From the NCBI GenBank assembly GCA_964504365.1, contig CAZDDW010000001.1, positions 68,293 through 132,292 of the forward strand: a stretch of 64,000 nt of DNA, given 5' to 3'. The stretch's first letter is position 1; every line of letters begins with the position of its first letter. Origin of the DNA: an uncultured Gammaproteobacteria bacterium (GTDB lineage Bacteria; Patescibacteriota; Patescibacteriia; UBA9934; CAZDDW01). The translations under genes and the position numbers were made by a program. The notes beneath the pieces were generated by a model, which worked only from the letters and a program-made list of their open reading frames with translations, was not told the origin of the DNA and did no database searches. This document shows positions 20,201-30,520 of this stretch, piece after piece.

Positions 20201-23200
20201 GACGTTGGTTGTGACGAGTTTACAAATTTAGATTCTATAGATCTTGGTGGAGAGGGGTTGGAATACTATACATATTTGCGTGCTTGTACTAGCGCAGATG
20301 ATACAACTGAAGAAGCCACATTCTTTAGCTGGGAAGGCTCAGCTCAAACCGGCTACCAGTTGGTTAGTTGGGATTTGTTGGAATCGGATCTTGGTTCAGC
20401 TACAAAAACATTTGCAGAAAGTGGTGTAGAAGAAGTTAATGTTGGGGCCGCACCATGTATTAATCCAGTTTTATCTGATGAGACAACTTTGGTCTGTGAC
20501 GATGTTAATTATCAGGACGAAGACGGAAATAATGGTTGGACTGCAATTAGTTTGAATTCAGACTGTGATGAGCATGATGATATTTTTGATAATCCTGACT
20601 GCCGTGAATTCTATGACAGTGATGGAAATATCCACTATCGCGAGTTCTCTTTGACAGCCACGATCACTGACCAGTGCCATCCTTACCGAAAGAGCGAGTC
20701 TGCAGAGGAGGACTGTGACGGGTCTGGTGGTTATTGGACTGCTGGTGGCGAGTGTCGTTATCTTGGTTACATTGACGAGAGCACTACTTGTACCGAATCA
20801 GCTAATGGATGCCGATCATATACCGGAGGAGCTGGCCGTAATGCAACCACGATTTTCAGCGATGATGTTGAAGACGATTCTCTTGAAGAATGGTTTGGTA
20901 CAGCTGATGCTGTGATTTCAAACGAATCAGTTGCGGCCGGTGGTCATTCGATTCATGTAACTTCTGGAACCTTGGATCTACTTTACTTGATTGAGGATGA
21001 TGCAACAGATTGTGAAGAAGGCGAGGTTTGTGATCTAGAAGACCCGGCAGGTACTGGGGCCAACTGTGAGATTATTGGATCTGAAGATTTGGATGACTGT
21101 GGTTCATTGGTTGGTGCTTTGGTTCAAGGCAAAACTTACATTTTATCTTTCTGGGCCAAGGGTACAGAAGGAATTGGTGCTCGATTTATTGCTGATGGAG
21201 GTAATGGTGATTTTGAAACTTTTGAAGACGAGCTAGTTGATTTGTCTACTGGCTGGCAGCTTTATGAACTTGGTCCATTAGATACTACAGATTTTGAAGA
21301 TTTTGATGACACGGCCTTGTTGCGTATTCGTGGCACAGGTGAATACTATATTGATAATATTTACCTCAAAGAAGTTGAAGACAGTATCACTTTGATCAAA
21401 GATTCCTGGGTTACTCCATCAACTTGTGACGAAACACCGGAAGGAGTTGAGGCTGAACAGTTCTACCTTGGTTGTGAGGAATATTCTGATGGAGCTGGTG
21501 ATGATTTTTATCTGTACCGTTTCTCAAACATTTGTAGCGAGAGTGCTGTTGGTTGTGAATCATTCTTTACAACTCAGAATTCTGAATCTACTTTTGCTCA
21601 GGCTTATAATGTGACTTGTAGCACTGTTGGAGGAGGAATAGTTAGCACACCAACGGCTTGTGAGATGAGCGGACAGACTGTTTGTACAATTGGTGTTTCA
21701 CAAAGCAGCTGTCAGTTTGACTGGGATGGTGCCTTGCCTAATCCGTTACCGATAGACGGGCATATTTCACTTGGTCCAGAAGCTGTGGTTGTTCCAAATG
21801 ATATTGATGTTTTCTTAATTAACGACAGCTCAGCCACTTGTTCATCAACTTACATGGGTTGTACTGAGTTTGGTCAACCAACGTTTAATCAGGACAAGTC
21901 TGAGGTAACTGAGTTTGAGTCGATTTATTTATACGATTTGCCAGATGAATATGAGACCACGTTGTGTAACCACGAAGCTTTGTTCTGTGAGGCGTGGGAA
22001 ACAACTGCTGATGGAAATTTCTACTTTAAGGATCCGATTGACCAAACGTGTGAATGGAAAGATTCAGCTACTATTAATAATCAAACTTATTATGGTTGGT
22101 TCCGTGCTGGCACAAATGATCCATGTTATTACACAGACGAAAATGACAAGGTTGGTAGTGCATATTTGATTGCTGGGGAAGAGTTTGGTGTTTGGCGCAA
22201 TGGTGATGACGATTTTGCTGGTTGGGCAGCCGAGTGTGGTTCTCAACACGATCGTTGTACTGAATTCCTGGATCCAGTTGATACTTCTGAAGGCGACTTC
22301 CCACAAGGTGTGCCTTACTATTATGTAAATAATGATGAGCTGTCTGAGGAAAGCCTGGCCACATCACAGCAGTGTAGCGGCGAGGTAAGTCAGAACTTTG
22401 GCTGCATTCTATTTGATAACACAACTGACTCAGAGCTGCGTTATAACGCTAGCGCTTCTTACGTCTCCTCGGTCCGGGCTGACTTGCTTTTCGGTGATGC
22501 TCAGTATTCACCACAAACGCCAATCACCTGTGACACTGATTACGGCGGACAGATTGATACACCAGACTTAGGTACAGTTGATCTTTGCTGGAGCCAATGT
22601 CGTTACCCGGATTACACCGGTATCATGAATCGATTTAATCGAGATGATGTCTTTAATTCAAACTATACCTTTACAACTTCTTGTGTTGTTGATTTAGATT
22701 GTCCTCCAACCCAAGATCCTTGGGGCAATGAAGTTTCTGGAGAATGTGTGCTTTTGGATGGTGAACCAACCCCGGCTGCTGATATGCCAACAGATAAGTT
22801 GGTTAATGATACAAATACAATTTTGAAAGTTTACCGCGACCGTGAGTGTGCTGAGTGGTTAGCATGTTCCTCATATTCTTATAACTGGGACGAGAAGTCA
22901 GGAAGTTGGAAAAAGGTTTGTGCGGATTTGCGGTCTTGTAATGATTACAATGGTTATGGTGATAGTGCGACCTGTACAAATTTCCCAGTGCTTGATCCAG
23001 ATCCTTTGACCATGGCTGATTACGCTGCCCGTGACACAACTTGGTTTGGTCATGACTATTCCGGCTTCACTATTCCAGACAGTATTCCGGTTGATTTCTT
23101 GGATCAAGTAAACCTGACCCCGTCTGGGCAGTGTCACAATGGTATTAATTTTACAACACGAACTGGTCACGATGGTGAGCCTTGGCCTAGATCATGTGCG

Positions 23201-26200
23201 GCTGATGACGATTGTTCGACTGGTACTTGTGAGGCAAACTCCGAAAGTGATTATAGATTAGCTTATGTGGCCGGGTCGTGTGATGAAGATAATGGGGAGC
23301 TGTGTACTTTAGGAATTTGTTCTGACACTGGTGAGGCCTGTGCTGAGGATTCTGAGTGTAATAATAACGACTGTGTGGTTGGTTATTGTAAGCGCACATG
23401 GATTGGTTCTAGTTGTCTTGAGAATTCTGATTGTGTTGGCCAAGGTTATGGGCATCTGACTTCTTGTGATAACGGAGTATGTGTAAATGACCCTGATGAC
23501 GAACAGACTGGGACCTGTACAGTTGATGCTAACTGTCAGGGTGAGCTTGATCGTGATGGTGATGGAATAAATGATATTTTTGCCGAGTGTGCTTTGTATG
23601 AAGAGTCACACGTCGGAGCCTGTAGTAATAGTCAGTGTATTATCGATCAATACGGCGATGCCTTTAGTATTAATAATTCTGAAGAGGTTGAGTGCCGTGG
23701 TTACCCAGAAGCTGATGCCCCGTTCCCACATGACTTGGTTACGGAGTGGAAAGGTTTTGTTCGGAACCCGGATCCAGTTGTGAGCTATGACACCTTACAA
23801 AGTTTACTTGAATCGAATAATCATGATCAAAGTAATATTGCTGATGCTGTGCCGTACGATTTAACATATAGCTATTCGAATGTAAACATTTGTGGTCCAA
23901 ACGATGAAGATTGTCTGTGCTCATACAACAAGGCCAGTTTTGGTAACGGTATTTATACACGTTACTTTGAAGCTGGTCGGACATTGAGTGAGGTTCAGGA
24001 TGATGCTGGAGACGGTTTAGGTTTCCAAGGTATTTGTATGGGTGGAACTCAGGAGGGTAAGAAGTGTTCTGATGATTCTGGTTGTGGTGGTGATTTTGCC
24101 ACTTGTCAGATTATTACCAACTATGACACCCACATGGGTTGGGAAGGTTATTGTTTGGAGCGTGATAGTTCGATTAACCGTTGGGGAAATCAAGATGGTC
24201 CAGGGGTATGTCTGACTTGGCTACCAGTTGATCAGCTGGTTGGTTCAACTGATTTGTACGGTAAGTACACTGAAGCCGGCTTCCCGTTGGAGAATGAATA
24301 TTATTGTGTTGAGACCGGGTACTATCGTGACTTCTATACAGCGGGTATTAGTATGGACGAGGATGGTATTCCTCAAACAAGCGTAAATACACAGATTGCT
24401 TGTGCTTCTACGCAATATGGTGAATATCGACGAGATGATGATTGGTGGGATCTTGATCCACAAGATAGGGTTCCAGACAATGCCTTGAATGGCTGTTGGC
24501 AGTATGTCTACTGCCCTGAGGGTTATAAGGGAATTGTTGCTTTTCCAGTAGACCAAGATGATGGTTATCAGGATGGATATAATACCAGGTGTATGGATGA
24601 CGACGATGGTGGTACTAATGACTTCTATGGTGATGATGCTGGAAACGGTTGGCACGATTGTCCATATATTTGTATCCCGAATGACTCTTATACTCCTGCG
24701 GGAGAAAGTTGTGAACAAGAATGGAACACGAGTTTTAACAGAGACTTTGATGCTAGCGGAACTGTGGAAGAAGATGAAGAAGAATCATATTTTGGTACAC
24801 CAGTGAAATGGGCTGTAAAGTTGGGCGATGATGATGGTGTGCTGAATACCTTTAATTGGCATCGTTGTGTGCGCCGAGGTGTGCCAGTTGCTCGAGATGT
24901 AACTGATTATGAAATGGATTGGCATACAGCTTTCTGGGTTGGTGATCCAACTGATCCTGGTGTACAAGTTGGAGGAAAATACGTTGCTGGTCAAACCGAA
25001 GAAGAGTGTTATGATGCTGCCAGTTTGCATGAATTAGATTGTGAGCTTCTGAGTGAAGCGGTTTATCCGGATGATTGGCCAACGCCAGGTATGGGATTAG
25101 ACTTCTCGTGTTTTTACTCAGAGGATGAGTTGGTATGTGATGATAATCGTGAGGGGTTGGCGTTTGGTAGGCTCGCAGCGACAAATCATGTTGGGTTCTG
25201 GGGGCTTGATTACACAAATATAAATGTAAACGCTGGCGATGACACTGGAGCATTCTATGAATATCTTGGTTGTTTTGCCATGGCTCAAGTTGCCACTGAT
25301 GATATGTCATCAAACAACAAGGCTTACACGCAGCGCTTGTTGTATGATGGTGATGACAGTTATGCCACACAAGAACCAGGTGATGGAGTTTATAATAACC
25401 TGTACATTACTAAGGACGATGGTAATCCGTCATATTCACCAGCCGGTGCCCTGCCTTTTGAAGATTATTTTGAACCAAAATCAACTCACCAGGCCGGGAC
25501 CTTATATATCTTTGATAAAGACATGTTCTATAACGACCCTGATTTGGTAGATGATGAAGACGTTGATTCAGGCCCAATTCCTGTTTTGGCCTGTGATGAT
25601 GGAACCGAGGCTCTGGGTGCAATTGGATTGCATACGGTTTATGACGAAGGAACTGATTGTGATGGCGACGACATTGGTTTTTATCCAACGAATTATCAGT
25701 GGTCATTTATTGACAATGATAATCTATTGACTTCACTTGGTTTGTCTTATGAAGTGTTAAGGGGTACAGACGAGGCACAGATTGAAGACCGCGCTCAAGG
25801 AGCGTATGCAAACACTTTTGATGACATCGGGCAAGCTGAGAACATGCAGTCATCGTATGAATTATTGGGGCAGTTCTTCAATAAGGTTTTTGAAATTTTC
25901 TTGTGGGAATGGAAAGTCGAGAATGATAATTTCCAAGACATTGCACCACAGGCTGGCCAAGGAGCATACTTCAGTCTTGATGATTGTGTTGCAGATGATA
26001 ATTGTGAGCTATATTTTCCTGGAAGGCAGCAAGCCTTTGACGGTGAGTTTGACGATGGTACGCCGTTTGATTTTGCTGGAGTGGAAGATCTGATGTTTGG
26101 AAAGAGCTATGCATATGATCAGGATCCGGTGCTAGAAAATCCGCAAGATTATGAAACTGAACCAACTGCGCCGACAACGGTTTCGCTTGGGCAGTGTTGG

Positions 26201-26890
26201 GGAAGTTATTGTCGTGAGGATGAAGAAGACGAGATAACTTTGAATGATCAGGATCATGGAAACTATACGATTGGTGGTGGTGCGGCTCATGTGACCATGG
26301 AATTCTTTATTAAGGCTGATCCAAACCAATTCCCAATCCGTAATATTATTGTTGATTGGGGTGATGAAAGCACTCTGGTTGGAAGCCAAGAGCCTGATAA
26401 TTTCTACAAAGCTTATCGAGGTTTGCAAAGTGGTGAGCAAGAGAACAGTATTTGTAGTGCTGAGGGTGCTTGGGGCGAGACTTCAGAATCATGTATTTCT
26501 GGATACGTGACTTATGTTCATGATTACGTTTGTCCGCAGTGGTGGTTGGATGATGAAGCAAGGGATGAGTGTGAGTATCATGATGCTCCGGATGGTAAAG
26601 AGATTGTTCTGAATGCCCCGTGTAAGGATGCTAGTGGGTCATACTGTGTTTACCAACCACGCGTGCATATTCGTGATAACTGGGGTTATTGTTCTGGTTA
26701 TTGTGAAGGTGGAGATGATTTAGGTGGTGATCTTTGTTATGATGGTCTGAACGCAGGTGCCGGATATAATGAGTGTGATTTAGATTGTCCAAGCGGCAAC
26801 TGTCCTAAGGCGCTATTCTATGGGGATGATGCAGATTATGATAACCCATGGGTCTACTACGATGGTCAAGTAATGGTAAGTCCAAATTAA
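17294..26890 (+). CDS. Giant (3198 aa) secreted/surface Cys-rich acidic protein with carbohydrate-binding-like modules
   Basis: Signal peptide, abundant Cys, NPSFE...YTFSFYA and YILSFWAKG...IDNI CBM-like segments, DRDGDGIND. Confidence 0.85.
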   Translation: MFGLRKSIKKFLVATVLSLFLFLSTASGFLLFAEQTNAQTDDALIGVEQGIRGVVSPLSDPAQNLADIVKTVRKEIIKTKLTIALKTVLVNLFSFVLNRLAYDAATYLAAGATGQEPGFEYKNAGEYFADLGLDVATSAFDSLGEVLDEAFEIEFDICDPGNPMVKLGLQFGIASAYQRPEPRCDWSEFTSNWEASLASFQDYALLGENPSEYFIKEFKKAYSPGQSQLDASIKTNVRVHEKVWQAKTRDFSKSLSQGGFKDVTDYISGNIKTPGVLLQEQVEEELVRQKNEPDKEAWKAIINDKEWLANSGLSMGSVFLNTFLSKLMSGIYSGLVEPDPTDFDYFDMDDVTVGTGGREAAEEAYSDLLTAEFLPLDDFNALNELVACPGSDSRNLFNCAADTSLTTALSRAESGAPMTVQEALEEGLLHGEWPLYPSDDFGSNQDPYCYTYGYCYGNLVKMRKFRIIPVGWEIAANSPYNTSTNPITLQEVVDGFNDCGPDGAIGPNYPWCHLIDPNWVLKAPQSSCPFAAPGELLASSMTGIRLPSCADMTTCIAEDQEGNCVGGEAYCTREKNTWRFRGDECPEEYASCLSFTNANTNELGDWLLNTVDFDSCTADNAGCRWYRTNKYLDDESYEWLPAETEYITFDEDIDTEAYLDRRYLNNDALECSEDNAGCTQLIEKGDDVVLNVVANPSFEDDENDDGLPDAWNNLTEDTYQEDESGSVYGLDYITSTDNLIYITQENIVLSASRFYTFSFYANETDASIPNDTVVWISLDDKDDPTNIVSLEGTAILGDCELDPNDFSNVALGIEDIGDDPERFECTFTTPAFDTFATIWIYTAEGEHAFDAFQLEEGSVLHDYQAGYGDATLAYEYLLMPPAYLGCTGAETDPEECANYAQMCTSQEVGCELYTPADGDPSVPAIVSELDECPSECVGYDTYKQEATLYDDEDFPLYFIPDTANSCTESDVGCDEFTNLDSIDLGGEGLEYYTYLRACTSADDTTEEATFFSWEGSAQTGYQLVSWDLLESDLGSATKTFAESGVEEVNVGAAPCINPVLSDETTLVCDDVNYQDEDGNNGWTAISLNSDCDEHDDIFDNPDCREFYDSDGNIHYREFSLTATITDQCHPYRKSESAEEDCDGSGGYWTAGGECRYLGYIDESTTCTESANGCRSYTGGAGRNATTIFSDDVEDDSLEEWFGTADAVISNESVAAGGHSIHVTSGTLDLLYLIEDDATDCEEGEVCDLEDPAGTGANCEIIGSEDLDDCGSLVGALVQGKTYILSFWAKGTEGIGARFIADGGNGDFETFEDELVDLSTGWQLYELGPLDTTDFEDFDDTALLRIRGTGEYYIDNIYLKEVEDSITLIKDSWVTPSTCDETPEGVEAEQFYLGCEEYSDGAGDDFYLYRFSNICSESAVGCESFFTTQNSESTFAQAYNVTCSTVGGGIVSTPTACEMSGQTVCTIGVSQSSCQFDWDGALPNPLPIDGHISLGPEAVVVPNDIDVFLINDSSATCSSTYMGCTEFGQPTFNQDKSEVTEFESIYLYDLPDEYETTLCNHEALFCEAWETTADGNFYFKDPIDQTCEWKDSATINNQTYYGWFRAGTNDPCYYTDENDKVGSAYLIAGEEFGVWRNGDDDFAGWAAECGSQHDRCTEFLDPVDTSEGDFPQGVPYYYVNNDELSEESLATSQQCSGEVSQNFGCILFDNTTDSELRYNASASYVSSVRADLLFGDAQYSPQTPITCDTDYGGQIDTPDLGTVDLCWSQCRYPDYTGIMNRFNRDDVFNSNYTFTTSCVVDLDCPPTQDPWGNEVSGECVLLDGEPTPAADMPTDKLVNDTNTILKVYRDRECAEWLACSSYSYNWDEKSGSWKKVCADLRSCNDYNGYGDSATCTNFPVLDPDPLTMADYAARDTTWFGHDYSGFTIPDSIPVDFLDQVNLTPSGQCHNGINFTTRTGHDGEPWPRSCAADDDCSTGTCEANSESDYRLAYVAGSCDEDNGELCTLGICSDTGEACAEDSECNNNDCVVGYCKRTWIGSSCLENSDCVGQGYGHLTSCDNGVCVNDPDDEQTGTCTVDANCQGELDRDGDGINDIFAECALYEESHVGACSNSQCIIDQYGDAFSINNSEEVECRGYPEADAPFPHDLVTEWKGFVRNPDPVVSYDTLQSLLESNNHDQSNIADAVPYDLTYSYSNVNICGPNDEDCLCSYNKASFGNGIYTRYFEAGRTLSEVQDDAGDGLGFQGICMGGTQEGKKCSDDSGCGGDFATCQIITNYDTHMGWEGYCLERDSSINRWGNQDGPGVCLTWLPVDQLVGSTDLYGKYTEAGFPLENEYYCVETGYYRDFYTAGISMDEDGIPQTSVNTQIACASTQYGEYRRDDDWWDLDPQDRVPDNALNGCWQYVYCPEGYKGIVAFPVDQDDGYQDGYNTRCMDDDDGGTNDFYGDDAGNGWHDCPYICIPNDSYTPAGESCEQEWNTSFNRDFDASGTVEEDEEESYFGTPVKWAVKLGDDDGVLNTFNWHRCVRRGVPVARDVTDYEMDWHTAFWVGDPTDPGVQVGGKYVAGQTEEECYDAASLHELDCELLSEAVYPDDWPTPGMGLDFSCFYSEDELVCDDNREGLAFGRLAATNHVGFWGLDYTNINVNAGDDTGAFYEYLGCFAMAQVATDDMSSNNKAYTQRLLYDGDDSYATQEPGDGVYNNLYITKDDGNPSYSPAGALPFEDYFEPKSTHQAGTLYIFDKDMFYNDPDLVDDEDVDSGPIPVLACDDGTEALGAIGLHTVYDEGTDCDGDDIGFYPTNYQWSFIDNDNLLTSLGLSYEVLRGTDEAQIEDRAQGAYANTFDDIGQAENMQSSYELLGQFFNKVFEIFLWEWKVENDNFQDIAPQAGQGAYFSLDDCVADDNCELYFPGRQQAFDGEFDDGTPFDFAGVEDLMFGKSYAYDQDPVLENPQDYETEPTAPTTVSLGQCWGSYCREDEEDEITLNDQDHGNYTIGGGAAHVTMEFFIKADPNQFPIRNIIVDWGDESTLVGSQEPDNFYKAYRGLQSGEQENSICSAEGAWGETSESCISGYVTYVHDYVCPQWWLDDEARDECEYHDAPDGKEIVLNAPCKDASGSYCVYQPRVHIRDNWGYCSGYCEGGDDLGGDLCYDGLNAGAGYNECDLDCPSGNCPKALFYGDDADYDNPWVYYDGQVMVSPN

Positions 26891-26900
26891 AATAAAAAAA

Positions 26901-26969
26901 GAAGGGGCGACCTTCATGGTCGCCCTTTTATGTTTGTAATAAACGGGCACCCATGAAGGGTGCCCCTAC
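26901..26969. repeat. Inverted REP-like doublet (GTAGGGGC family)
   Basis: GAAGGGGCGACCTTCATGGTCGCCC and the reverse complement of GTAGGGGCACCCTTCATGGGTGCCCGT. Confidence 0.7.
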
Positions 26970-27056
26970 GTCTATTAAAATAAAAAACCCGGCATATTTC
27001 AGCCGGGGCCAGGAGGGGCCCATGAGAAGCCCCGCGGAGAATTCGCTCGTTCACCG

Positions 27057-27743
27057 CTACTTGAGGTAGCAATGAGTCACGGTCGGGTAGTCGATCCTGA
27101 ACTCTGACGGGTCGATGTTGATCGTTCCGATGAGCTCGTTGAATGAGGGGCCGAAGTACTCACCGTAGATCGTGTACTCTGCCGAGTCAACAATCGTCAA
27201 GGTGATCTCGTCACCGTTGATGGTGGTCTCGATCTGTTCGGTCGAGACGTAGTCACCAAGCTCGTTGCAGGCGCCGTCGACACCCTCGTACACGTCGTAC
27301 GTGCCGTTCGGGGCCAGACCCCACTCGCCGTCCGGGCCGGACCAGGCAACGGACTCGTACTGTCCGTGCTGGATGATGTTCACGTGCTGATCCAGGAACA
27401 GGGCGTTGTCCGCCTCGAAGGTGATCTCGTGCTCTCCTTGGTGCTCGGTCTGGCAGGTGCAATGGTCCGCGTCGTCACAGGAACCAACCGGCTCACCATT
27501 CTCGAAGGTGAACGCACCCGAGAACCCATCCGGAGCCTCGGCGTAGATGGTGGCCGAGAACGGCGTGGTGTCGTCATCGTCACCGGTGTCGTCGTCGTCC
27601 GTGACGTCGTCGTCATCGTCCGTGTTGGTCACATCGTCGTCATCGTCACCCGGGTTGTCCTCCGGGTCACAGCCGCCGCAGATGATCGTGGTCAGGAACA
27701 GGACCCCCATCAGGAGGGCCAGGATCGTGTGGATCCGAGTCAT
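27057..27743 (-). CDS. Putative lipoprotein with Asp-rich (TDDDD) linker, paralog 1; high GC
   Basis: Hydrophobic signal ending CGGC, DDDD repeats, GGAGG RBS; C-terminus similar to 29605-30321. Confidence 0.75.
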   Translation of the reverse strand: MTRIHTILALLMGVLFLTTIICGGCDPEDNPGDDDDDVTNTDDDDDVTDDDDTGDDDDTTPFSATIYAEAPDGFSGAFTFENGEPVGSCDDADHCTCQTEHQGEHEITFEADNALFLDQHVNIIQHGQYESVAWSGPDGEWGLAPNGTYDVYEGVDGACNELGDYVSTEQIETTINGDEITLTIVDSAEYTIYGEYFGPSFNELIGTINIDPSEFRIDYPTVTHCYLK

Positions 27744-27949
27744 GATGTCTTCCTCCGCCCTAGGGGCCGTTTGCCAAAGCGCTCACCATGAGCGAAATGG
27801 AAGGTACTACTTAAAGTTTACCCTAAGTTGACTGAAAATACTAGCATTGATGTTCAATCCTGTCAACCCCTAGCCGCCTTAAATATCCACAGTTTTTCCT
27901 AAGTTAAGCTTAATTTGACACGCGGGATAAATTTATGGTTGACTGGAAT

Positions 27950-27988
27950 AAAGACCTCGCAAGTCCGCGTGGGCTTTTTATTTTGGAG
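27950..27988 (+). repeat. 39-bp leader element copy 1 (hairpin, U-tract, RBS)
   Basis: AAAGACCTCGCAAGTCCGCGTGGGCTTTTTATTTTGGAG, identical to 29197-29235. Confidence 0.95.
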
Positions 27989-27994
27989 AAAGTC

Positions 27995-28195
27995 ATGAAA
28001 AAGGTAATTTACTTCCTGGTTGTACTGAATTTGGCCCTGTTGGGTTATAGATTGTATCAAGCCCAAGACAGTCGGCAAACGACTGATACCGAAGAAGGTT
28101 TTGGTTACCACGTTGATATAGAGTTGGACGAATTCTCTTTGGCCGGTGCTGCCATGCACACAAGTCTTCTATATGGAGACAACGTATCCGAATAA
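27995..28195 (+). CDS. Small (66 aa) N-terminally anchored protein
   Basis: GGAG RBS, MKKVIYFLVVLNLALLGY hydrophobic N-terminus, acidic remainder. Confidence 0.6.
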   Translation: MKKVIYFLVVLNLALLGYRLYQAQDSRQTTDTEEGFGYHVDIELDEFSLAGAAMHTSLLYGDNVSE

Positions 28196-28265
28196 TTAAT
28201 TTTATTCGGATTTTTATTAAGTACTAAAAATGTGCCACCTGATGGTGACACACAAAAGATCATCG

Positions 28266-28961
28266 TTATTTGATCAGCTCAGTCCATGTGGTAGTGCACG
28301 ATGAATAGATCGGGTTTTGGCTTAGTTTCGTAAACAACTTTCGGTTGAAGGCAGTATCATTTTCTGTGGAAGTACACAGATCACCCAACAAGTAGTCTAC
28401 ATCCAAGGCCAAAGCCAGTTCACATTCGTGGTAATAAGCTTCTCGTTCCGCTTTCCAGTATTCAGTGCAAATAGCTGGATCGACATCTTTCGGCCGGTTA
28501 CCGGCCAAGAAGATACCCCGTTGTTCTTCTGATTCAGCCCGCACCCATTGCTGGTAGTGAGTATATTCGTGAGAAAGCACTAGCCATAACTTGGGATCAG
28601 TAGGCGAGGCATTTGTTAAAGTGACTTGATCAAAGCTGACTACAGGTATTAGTTGATCACGAGTTACTGCAAATACTGCTACTGTCCCGCTGTGATTGCT
28701 GAAATCCAGACCGATTTCACCCATCATGATTTGTTGGTACAAATCTTGACTGATTTCCGGCTCGGGATGACTGGCAATAATTTGACGCAGGTGTTCTGAA
28801 AGGGAAGCGAAGCCCGATCTGCTTTCAGCTACCTGCGATGCGTCAGTGGTTTGTAGCCCGGACCCCCTCGTCATACCGATTAGGAAGATGATCAGAATAA
28901 GCGGCATGGCTAGCGTGAAGAATTTAAAGTTTCTTGCTTTTTGTTTTTGATGGTGTCTCAC
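28266..28961 (-). CDS. Membrane-anchored putative zincin metalloprotease
   Basis: N-terminal TM, LSHEYTHYQQ (HExxH) and a downstream E in EREAY; AGGAG RBS. Confidence 0.7.
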   Translation of the reverse strand: MRHHQKQKARNFKFFTLAMPLILIIFLIGMTRGSGLQTTDASQVAESRSGFASLSEHLRQIIASHPEPEISQDLYQQIMMGEIGLDFSNHSGTVAVFAVTRDQLIPVVSFDQVTLTNASPTDPKLWLVLSHEYTHYQQWVRAESEEQRGIFLAGNRPKDVDPAICTEYWKAEREAYYHECELALALDVDYLLGDLCTSTENDTAFNRKLFTKLSQNPIYSSCTTTWTELIK

Positions 28962-29196
28962 CGCATTCTCCTTTTAGATGAGGCTTGCTAAAGACCTAAC
29001 AAGACAAAGTAGTACAAATAAAGGATTCTGTCAAGGTATTTTTAGCTAAGTTTAGTCAAAAAATGTTGTTGGTGGCTGACAGAAATTTTTTCTTCCTCTA
29101 TAAATTAAGCTCATTTTTCTTGTTAAAAAGTTTTGACAAGAAGTAATAAAAAGAATGGTTTCTTGACAGTGCTGTTTATTCATGTTTGAATCAAAC

Positions 29197-29235
29197 AAAG
29201 ACCTCGCAAGTCCGCGTGGGCTTTTTATTTTGGAG
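29197..29235 (+). repeat. 39-bp leader element copy 2
   Basis: Identical to 27950-27988. Confidence 0.95.
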
Positions 29236-29241
29236 TAAGAA

Positions 29242-29505
29242 ATGGCATACAAGATAAGAATGGTTGCAGAGTACTGCAACATTGTCGCAACCCTAGCTCT
29301 GGTGGTCATCATGACCATCTTGCTGGTCAGGGTGCTGCCGCTTTGTGATGTTACAAGCAGCAGCACGGCACTGATCGAACCTGAAGCAAATACAGAGGAA
29401 ATCGACAGCGTGGCATACTTGGCCAATCTGTGCGATTCCGATGGTGACGAGTGTCGGCCGATTCTGTATCATCCAAGCGGTCACGAACCCCTCAGTTTCG
29501 ATTAG
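29242..29505 (+). CDS. Small (87 aa) N-terminally anchored protein
   Basis: GGAG RBS, TM IVATLALVVIMTILLV, C-terminal Cys pair. Confidence 0.6.
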   Translation: MAYKIRMVAEYCNIVATLALVVIMTILLVRVLPLCDVTSSSTALIEPEANTEEIDSVAYLANLCDSDGDECRPILYHPSGHEPLSFD

Positions 29506-29604
29506 TGTAAAAAAATTCAGATCAGTCTTGGTCCATAGATACACCTATGGACTTTTTAATTTGTAAATAAAAAAATCCCAAGCTTGGTTCACTTGGGAAA
29601 GTTG

Positions 29605-30321
29605 TCACTCTTGGAGATATCCGCAATTGTCATCCAGATAGTCGCCAATTTCAGTCAGGTCTGTTGAGATCAGCCCCAGAACGTTATCCAGGTCGTCGTC
29701 GTTGTAGTAGCCTGATCCGATGATCGTATACGAAGGTTCTCCGTTCACAGTCATCTTGACCTGATTGTCGATGATCACGGTTCCGACTTCGAATGTGCCA
29801 ATGTAGTTTCCACCCATTCCACACGGCTCGCTGTAAAGGTCAAACAAACCTTCAGGTGCCAGTCCGCATAGGAAGTGGAAGTTCTGGTCCTCGGTGATCC
29901 AGTAATCGTAGTAGGTTGCAATTAGAGCAATCTCGCTATAGGCCTGGAACAGATAATGGCCTTCGATTACATCTGTGGTTATTGGAGAATGTCCAACCTG
30001 TATTTCACCAATGAAAACGATCGGATTATCAATGGACTGGTCTATCCCATCACAATCTGTGGTCAGGTGGACTGAGAATGTGTCGAACTCAGCATCGTTA
30101 TCATCATCGTCCGTGATGTCGTCGTCCGTGACGTCATCATCAGTGGCTGTGATGTCATCATCGTCGCCCTGGGTAACATCATCGTCGTCATCCTGTACAG
30201 CGTCATCATCACTGATCATATCGAGAATAATCGTGCCAGAGCTTGGTTCGCAGCCAGAGAATCCAAAGATGGTAAAGAGCGCTCCTAAGAATAAGTTAGT
30301 CAAAGCATGATGTCGAGCCAT
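29605..30321 (-). CDS. Putative lipoprotein with Asp-rich linker, paralog 2
   Basis: Signal ending FSGC, DDDD repeats, GLAP.G..D.Y motif shared with paralog 1; GAGGAG RBS. Confidence 0.75.
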   Translation of the reverse strand: MARHHALTNLFLGALFTIFGFSGCEPSSGTIILDMISDDDAVQDDDDDVTQGDDDDITATDDDVTDDDITDDDDNDAEFDTFSVHLTTDCDGIDQSIDNPIVFIGEIQVGHSPITTDVIEGHYLFQAYSEIALIATYYDYWITEDQNFHFLCGLAPEGLFDLYSEPCGMGGNYIGTFEVGTVIIDNQVKMTVNGEPSYTIIGSGYYNDDDLDNVLGLISTDLTEIGDYLDDNCGYLQE

Positions 30322-30520
30322 GTCATTCTCCTCAAAGTTGTAACTATTTGACCTATGCCAGACTTCAGACTGAGAAAAAACCTTATCATTTTAGTCATGT
30401 CAAGTCAATCCGGATGTTAAAAAACCCTGACATAGAAAATAAACTTGAAATAGGAATTATGATTTTGTTAGTGTCTGGCGTACATGACAAAAATTTGGCT
30501 AAGTTATGCACAATTTCGAT

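Noticed and set aside
27950-29235. 39-bp direct repeats as a CRISPR array
   Set aside because: Only two copies, about 1.2 kb apart and separated by genes; no spacer periodicity
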